A stretch of DNA of 63,530 nt, filler included. It is 5 parts of 5 records of this genome, joined end to end, with 100 filler letters (N's around TTAATTAATTAA, not from the genome) between each part and the next. Parts side by side here need not be neighbours in the genome. Positions count along the whole stretch, not along the records: positions 58,176 to 63,530 come from SRR20825019_2523; 4 more parts are not named here. The stretch is one strand, 5' to 3'. Below, piece after piece: positions 58,176 through 63,530 of this stretch; the stretch's first letter is position 1; the number at the start of each line of letters is the position of its first letter. The translations under genes and the position numbers were made by a program. The notes beneath the pieces were generated by a model. That model searched no databases. It was not told the DNA's origin and saw only the letters and a program-made list of their open reading frames with translations.

Positions 58176-58841
58176 GCGAACGTGGTCGAAACCGGCCTTT
58201 TTCATGTCGTCGTGAATGGTTTTGATGATGGTGTTGGTGTGCAGCAGCGGCGATTCGCTTTGCTGGACGATGATGCCACCGTCGCGCAGGGCGATCATGC
58301 AGTCGCGATAGAAGTCCAGGGCGAACAGACCTTCGGCGGGACCGACCGGATCGGTGCTGTCGATGATAATGACGTCGAGACTTCCGGGCACCGCATCACG
58401 TATCCATTGGATACCATCGCCAAAGAAGAAGTTGGCGCGTGGATCAGTGTTGGATTCGCATAGCTCGGGGAAGTACTGTTCCGAGAGGCGAGTGACGCGT
58501 TCGTCGATTTCCACCTGCCAGGCCTCTTCCACACCGGGGTGCTTGAGGACTTCTTTCAGGGTTCCACAATCACCACCGCCAACAATGACCACTTTCTTCG
58601 GGTCTTTATGGGTAAACAGGGCCGGATGAGTCATCATTTCATGATAGAGGAAGTTGTCTCTGGTGGTCAGCATCACGCAGCCATCGAGCACCATCAGGTT
58701 GCCGAAGGTTTCGGTTTCCCAGATTTCCAGTTTCTGGAACTCGGTTTGTTCTTCGTGCAGCTTTTTCTTTACCTGCAGGGAAAAGGCGGTTCCCTGGTCC
58801 TGGAATACTTCGGTAAACCAGCCATCGTTCAGTGCAGTCAT
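58176..58841 (-). CDS. speE: Polyamine aminopropyltransferase (spermidine synthase), 3'-truncated
   Basis: LDG, YHEM, IVGGGDCG, VEID, IIDSTDPVGPA. Confidence 0.95.
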
Positions 58842-59039
58842 GTCGTGTCTCCGGATGTGCGCGTTGAGCCTGTTCGTATTGAGGCTATTGTAGGTGCGTA
58901 ACCAGCACACCTAAAGGACTATCATTACCCCCGGGCCGTGTTTTTCGGGTGTTGTTCTTTTAGCGGGGCGGTGGAATCCATACAATGAGCGCCATAGGCC
59001 GGCCCGTTGCCGGCTGCGGACTCAGCACAGGAAAGCCCC

Positions 59040-60950
59040 ATGAGCGAACCAACCCTCAGCGCCGCCCACAAGGTGTACAACATCGCCCACTGGAGCGATG
59101 GCTATATCGATGTAAATGCCCGTGGCGAGGTACTGATAAGACCCGACCGGGGGCACAGCGGCGAGGACATCAACCTGCCCGACCTTACCCGCTCCCTGGT
59201 CAGTGAGGGGGTTCAGCTTCCGGTGTTAATCCGTTTTACCGATATTCTCCATGATCGGGTCAACAAACTGTGTGGCGCGTTTAACAAGGTCGCTCGCGAA
59301 CACGGCTACCAGGGAGGCTACACCGCCGTCTACCCGATCAAGGTCAACCAGCAGCGCCGGGTGGTTGAGGAACTGCTCTGCGCCGAACCGGCCGCCAGCG
59401 ACAACCAGATTGGCCTCGAAGCCGGCAGCAAGCCAGAGTTAATGGCGGTTCTGGCACTGTCGCGCCAGCAGGAGTCGGTGATTGTCTGCAATGGCTACAA
59501 GGACCGCGAATATATCCGGCTGGCGCTGATCGGGCAGAAACTGGGGCACCGGGTGTTCATTGTGGTTGAAAAACAGTCCGAGTTGCCGCTCATCCTCGAG
59601 GAAGCGCGCCGTCTGGGAGTGACTCCGCTGATTGGTGTGCGCGCACGGCTGGCCACCATCGGCAAAGGCAACTGGCAGAACACCGGCGGTGAGAAGTCGA
59701 AATTCGGCCTGTCCGCAAGCCAGGTACTGGATGTGGTCGAAACCCTGCGCCGTGCCGAGGCCCTGGAATCCCTTCAGTTGCTGCATTTTCACCTGGGGTC
59801 GCAGATAGCCAATATCCGAGACATCCAGACCGGACTGCGCGAGTGTGCCCGTTTCTACAGTGAATTGCGCCACATGGGGGTACCGGTAGGCACGGTCGAT
59901 ATTGGCGGCGGGCTCGGTGTGGACTACGAGGGCACCCGTTCACGCAGCAGTTGTTCGATGAATTACAGCGTACACGAATACGCTTACAACGTGATTCATA
60001 TCCTGCAATCGGAGTGCGATCGGGCGGGCATCCCCCATCCCAACCTGATCAGTGAATCCGGCCGTGCGCTGACGGCTCACCACTCGGTACTTGTGACCAA
60101 TGTGATTGACCGGGAGATACCCGACAAGCGTCCGCCTGAACAACCGGTCAGTGATGCCCCGGCACCGCTGCAGGATTTGTGGCGCGACCTGGAGAGCCTG
60201 CGGGATGAGGCATCGCGCCGTTCCCTGGCTGAGATCTACCACGACGTGCTCCACGCCATGGCGGATGTCCACACCCAGTTTGCCCACGGCCTGTTGTCAC
60301 TGGCGGACCGCGCACGGGCGGAAACGCTCTACACCACCTGCTGCCGGGCTCTGAGAAAACAGCTGAACTCCGCGAATCGCGCGCACCGGGAGATCATTGA
60401 CGAGCTCAATGAAAAACTGGCGGAGAAGCTCTTCGTGAATTTTTCGTTGTTCCAGTCACTGCCGGACGTGTGGGGTATTGATCAGATCTTCCCGATCATG
60501 CCTGTGAACGGACTGAATCGCCCCCTCACCCGTCGTGCGGTCATCCAGGATATTACCTGTGACTCCGACGGGCGAATTGACCGGTACGTGGACGGCCAGG
60601 GCATCGAAACCACCTTCCCGCTGCCTGAAGAGGCGCCGGAAGAACCCATGCTGATGGGCTTTTTCATGACCGGTGCCTATCAAGAGATCCTCGGTGACAT
60701 GCACAACCTGTTCGGCGACACTCATTCGGTGGATGTGCGACGCAATCCCGGCGGCGGCCATACCGTCAGTGAGCCAATCCATGGCGATACCGTGGCCAAG
60801 GTGCTGCAGTATGTGAACTTCGAACCCACTGCCCTGCTTCGGGCCTATCAGCAGAAATTTGCCGCCAGCGGATTGCCGGAAGACATACAGACGAGCCTGC
60901 TGGAAGAACTGGAGAATGGCCTGGGCGGCTATACCTACCTGGAAGAGTAA
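59040..60950 (+). CDS. speA: Biosynthetic arginine decarboxylase
   Basis: VYPIKVNQ (PLP Lys), GLEAGSKPEL, HFHLGSQ, DIGGGLGVDY, ESGRA, TCDSDG. Confidence 0.97.
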   Translation: MSEPTLSAAHKVYNIAHWSDGYIDVNARGEVLIRPDRGHSGEDINLPDLTRSLVSEGVQLPVLIRFTDILHDRVNKLCGAFNKVAREHGYQGGYTAVYPIKVNQQRRVVEELLCAEPAASDNQIGLEAGSKPELMAVLALSRQQESVIVCNGYKDREYIRLALIGQKLGHRVFIVVEKQSELPLILEEARRLGVTPLIGVRARLATIGKGNWQNTGGEKSKFGLSASQVLDVVETLRRAEALESLQLLHFHLGSQIANIRDIQTGLRECARFYSELRHMGVPVGTVDIGGGLGVDYEGTRSRSSCSMNYSVHEYAYNVIHILQSECDRAGIPHPNLISESGRALTAHHSVLVTNVIDREIPDKRPPEQPVSDAPAPLQDLWRDLESLRDEASRRSLAEIYHDVLHAMADVHTQFAHGLLSLADRARAETLYTTCCRALRKQLNSANRAHREIIDELNEKLAEKLFVNFSLFQSLPDVWGIDQIFPIMPVNGLNRPLTRRAVIQDITCDSDGRIDRYVDGQGIETTFPLPEEAPEEPMLMGFFMTGAYQEILGDMHNLFGDTHSVDVRRNPGGGHTVSEPIHGDTVAKVLQYVNFEPTALLRAYQQKFAASGLPEDIQTSLLEELENGLGGYTYLEE

Positions 60951-60956
60951 CCCGGA

Positions 60957-61988
60957 TCAGACCCTGCTTGCGCGCCAGGCTGAGGGTGACAGACCCTCCC
61001 ACTTGCGGAAGGCACGGCCGAAATTCGACGGGTCGCTATACCCCAGGCGATAGGCAATGTCATCGATCCCGAGGTCGGTGCGCCGAAGCAGCTCCAGGGA
61101 GCGCCGGTGGCGGATGTCATCAAGGATGCCCTGAAATTTCGCGCCTTCGGCACTGAGCTGACGGCGCAGCGTCCTGGGTGACACACCCAGTTGCGCCGCC
61201 ACGGAATCAATACCCGGAAGCCGGCCATCCCGTACCGATTCCAGCAACCGCCCCACACGCTCGGGAATCGATGTGGTCGCCTCCAGCGATCGCATTTCCT
61301 CCTGGCATTGCGCTTCCGCTACCCGACGCGCCACAGGATTGGACAGGGAAATTGGCAGTTCCAGAAACTCCTTGCGAAAACGGAGCTGATTGGCGCCGGC
61401 GTCAAACCGGATACGATTGCCGAACAGGGATTCATAGGCCTGGGCATACTCCGGTGGCGGATAATTCAGTCGACAACTTCCACCATCAAGCAGGCGGCGT
61501 CCGAACAGGAGCAAGTTCACATCCATAAGCGAGGCCAGCACTACTTCTGCATTGAACCGATGCAGATCATCCAGGGCGTGCACGATATCGAGTTGCAGCA
61601 CAGCGTCGCTGCCCTCGGTAAAGAAACTCAGATTCATATACACGAACCGGATACGGAAATACTTGATCAGCACCGTAAGAGCCTGGCCAATGTTGTCACA
61701 GCTGATGGCGGCCTGTGACAGGGAACCATGGGTAGTGAACTTCAGGCGCTTGCCATATTCCAGCCCCAGGGCCGGATCGTGACTCAATGCCAATGCCGAG
61801 CGACAAAGACTACTGAACTGGTCCACGGTGATGAAGTTGTCGGGGTGCCCCAACATGGCCGGACGAATATCGGCCGAGCGCAGCAACTCGGGACGCGCAG
61901 CACCCTTCTCTTCCGCCAACTGGCAAAGGATATCGGCGTAGTGGGCGCGAATAACGGGCAGATTGCCGGTCTTTCCGGGAGCATTCAT
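60957..61988 (-). CDS. AraC-family transcriptional regulator (~343 aa)
   Basis: C-terminal VAAQLGVSPRTLRRQL...IAYRLGYSDPSNFGRAFRKWEGLSP. Confidence 0.92.
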   Translation of the reverse strand: MNAPGKTGNLPVIRAHYADILCQLAEEKGAARPELLRSADIRPAMLGHPDNFITVDQFSSLCRSALALSHDPALGLEYGKRLKFTTHGSLSQAAISCDNIGQALTVLIKYFRIRFVYMNLSFFTEGSDAVLQLDIVHALDDLHRFNAEVVLASLMDVNLLLFGRRLLDGGSCRLNYPPPEYAQAYESLFGNRIRFDAGANQLRFRKEFLELPISLSNPVARRVAEAQCQEEMRSLEATTSIPERVGRLLESVRDGRLPGIDSVAAQLGVSPRTLRRQLSAEGAKFQGILDDIRHRRSLELLRRTDLGIDDIAYRLGYSDPSNFGRAFRKWEGLSPSAWRASRV

Positions 61989-62120
61989 GTTGGCCAAGCG
62001 TTCCTGAATAAATACCTGCAAAAGATTAGCCGTGATGATAGCGGTCGGCAATCTCCCTGCAGACGACACCGAGCGGCGGAGAAGCCAGCCAGTACAAGTG
62101 GGGAAAAAATACCGCCCAAC

Positions 62121-62146
62121 AGATCCGTCTGCCCATCGCCCCCGTA
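62121..62146 (+). promoter_or_regulatory. Candidate autoregulatory RpoE (ECF11-type) promoter
   Basis: AGATCC-N16-CGTA resembles the TGATCC/CGTA consensus of RpoE-ChrR systems. Confidence 0.5.
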
Positions 62147-62231
62147 AATATCGTGACTGACAAACCCGGGGCGAGTGCATAGAATGATGAACACAACAAT
62201 GCCAAATCATGCGACTGTCAAGGAGCGTCCG

Positions 62232-62831
62232 GTGTCCACACTGGATCAGAAGCCAGCACGAGCCGAGGGCCGCAAGGACCCCTGGAGCCAATTGCTGGAG
62301 AAAGTGGGAAAGAACCAGGATCGGCAGGCCTACCACGCTTTGTTCGAGCACTTTGGTCCCCAGATCAAGTATTACGCCATGGCCAATGGCATGGCGAGTC
62401 ACGCCGAGGAGCTGGTACAGGAGGTTTTCGTATCGATCTGGCGGCGCTCCTGCTTGTACGACTGGAGGAAGGCAGCCGCGTCGACCTGGATTTTCACCAT
62501 CGCCCGTAACCAACGCATTGATATGCTGCGCAAGATGAAGCGCACGAGTGCGGAGATGCCGGTTGAAACGGAAGATCTGTGGCAAATTCCCGGCGAAAAC
62601 GAAGACGAGCCGGTTACGTCGCTGCACCGCCTGATGTCTGAACGTCGCGTGCGAGAGTCCCTCAGCCACCTGCCGGAAGAACAGATTACAGTAATCGCCA
62701 AGGTCTACATGGAAAGCAAGTCACACCAGATGGTGGCGGACGAGCTCAACATACCGCTAGGTACCGTAAAAAGCCGGGTACGCCTGGCGCTGAACAAACT
62801 GAAAGTGATTTTGCAGGACCAGAACGTATGA
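62232..62831 (+). CDS. rpoE: ECF sigma factor RpoE of the RpoE-ChrR type
   Basis: AEELVQEVF, STWIFTIARN, IPLGTVKSRVRLA; GTG start after AAGGAG (upstream ATGs possible); ATGA-coupled to chrR. Confidence 0.9.
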   Translation: MSTLDQKPARAEGRKDPWSQLLEKVGKNQDRQAYHALFEHFGPQIKYYAMANGMASHAEELVQEVFVSIWRRSCLYDWRKAAASTWIFTIARNQRIDMLRKMKRTSAEMPVETEDLWQIPGENEDEPVTSLHRLMSERRVRESLSHLPEEQITVIAKVYMESKSHQMVADELNIPLGTVKSRVRLALNKLKVILQDQNV

Positions 62832-63472
62832 CACGGCACCATCCAGACACACTTACCCTGATGGAATTCAGTGCGGGCAACCTCAGTGAGCCCCACGCAC
62901 TGTGCATTCGTCTCCATCTGGACCAGTGCCCCCATTGTCGCAGCCGTGTGGATACGCTCGACAGCCTGGGGGCCGTCATGATGGAAAGTCAGCCCCAGGT
63001 CGGTGTTTCATCGGACATGTTTGACGCTATCCTGTCACGCATAGACAGCGAGCCTGACATGACGGAGACCTACATCAGTACACAAGCCAAGCGCATGAGC
63101 CCTCTTCAAAAGTTGTTGGGCGACGATCTCAACTCGCTGCCCTGGAAACGTCAGCTCGGCGATGTCAGTGTGCTGGATATCAGCGAACGGTTTCCCGGCC
63201 AGAGCGAGCAGGTGGTGCTTCAGAAACTGGCCGCCGGTGGGAAGGCACCCGCGCATACCCACAGAGGGAGTGAAACCACGATAGTTCTTCAGGGTGCATT
63301 CTCAGACCAGAAAGGTGTGTTCAACCAGTGGGACTTCGTGGTACTCAATCAGGAAGACGAGCACAAACCTGTGGCGGTTGGCTGCGAAGACTGCATCACC
63401 CTGTCGGTGCTCAGCGCACCGGTTAAATTAACCGGCACGTTCACTCGCTTATTGAACCCCTTTATACGCTGA
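62828..63472 (+). CDS. chrR: Anti-sigma factor ChrR
   Basis: HHP, HxxxCxxC (HLDQCPHC) zinc motif, cupin HTHRGSE..LQG..H.P. Confidence 0.93.
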   Translation: MTRHHPDTLTLMEFSAGNLSEPHALCIRLHLDQCPHCRSRVDTLDSLGAVMMESQPQVGVSSDMFDAILSRIDSEPDMTETYISTQAKRMSPLQKLLGDDLNSLPWKRQLGDVSVLDISERFPGQSEQVVLQKLAAGGKAPAHTHRGSETTIVLQGAFSDQKGVFNQWDFVVLNQEDEHKPVAVGCEDCITLSVLSAPVKLTGTFTRLLNPFIR

Positions 63473-63500
63473 GGCGGATGGACCGGAAACTGTACCGGCC

Positions 63501-63530
63501 TGGCCGAAGCCTTGGCCGAAGCCTTGGCCG
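63501..63530 (+). repeat. 12-bp tandem repeat TGGCCGAAGCCT, 2.5 copies, cut by the window end
   Basis: Copies start at 63501, 63513 and 63525. Confidence 0.85.

Overview
The window is not one locus. It joins five unrelated contigs with artificial 100-bp spacers (N44-TTAATTAATTAA-N44), as in a concatenated metagenome assembly. (1) 1-15568, alphaproteobacterial: a LysR-associated catabolic cluster (two Cys-type sulfatases, a TctABC tripartite transporter, two SDRs, an NAD-dependent epimerase, an idonate-dehydrogenase-like enzyme), then a GtrA remnant, gmd-fcl, an SLC13/TrkA-C permease and a partial tRNA-Lys(CTT). (2) 15669-31535, a compact eukaryotic (protist-like) genome with 50-60 nt GT-AG introns: RAD51B, a spliced cold-shock-domain/FkbH fusion, a ~1880-aa IQ-motif protein, a small Cys-rich protein and a secreted EGF-repeat protein. 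(3) 31636-46733, eukaryotic: two convergent paralogous Cys-rich multipass receptor-like genes and a bacterial-type ferritin-like metalloprotein. (4) 46834-58075, alphaproteobacterial core: mtaB, dapF, four accessory genes, ffh-rpsP-rimM-trmD-rplS, a TauE-family gene and leuC. (5) 58176-63530, gammaproteobacterial (Marinobacter-like): speE, speA, an AraC regulator and rpoE-chrR. The best novelty candidate is the intron-containing eukaryotic FkbH glyceryl-transferase fused to a cold-shock-like domain and lacking a carrier protein. All calls come from manual motif recognition and hand-built splice models; no database searches were run.
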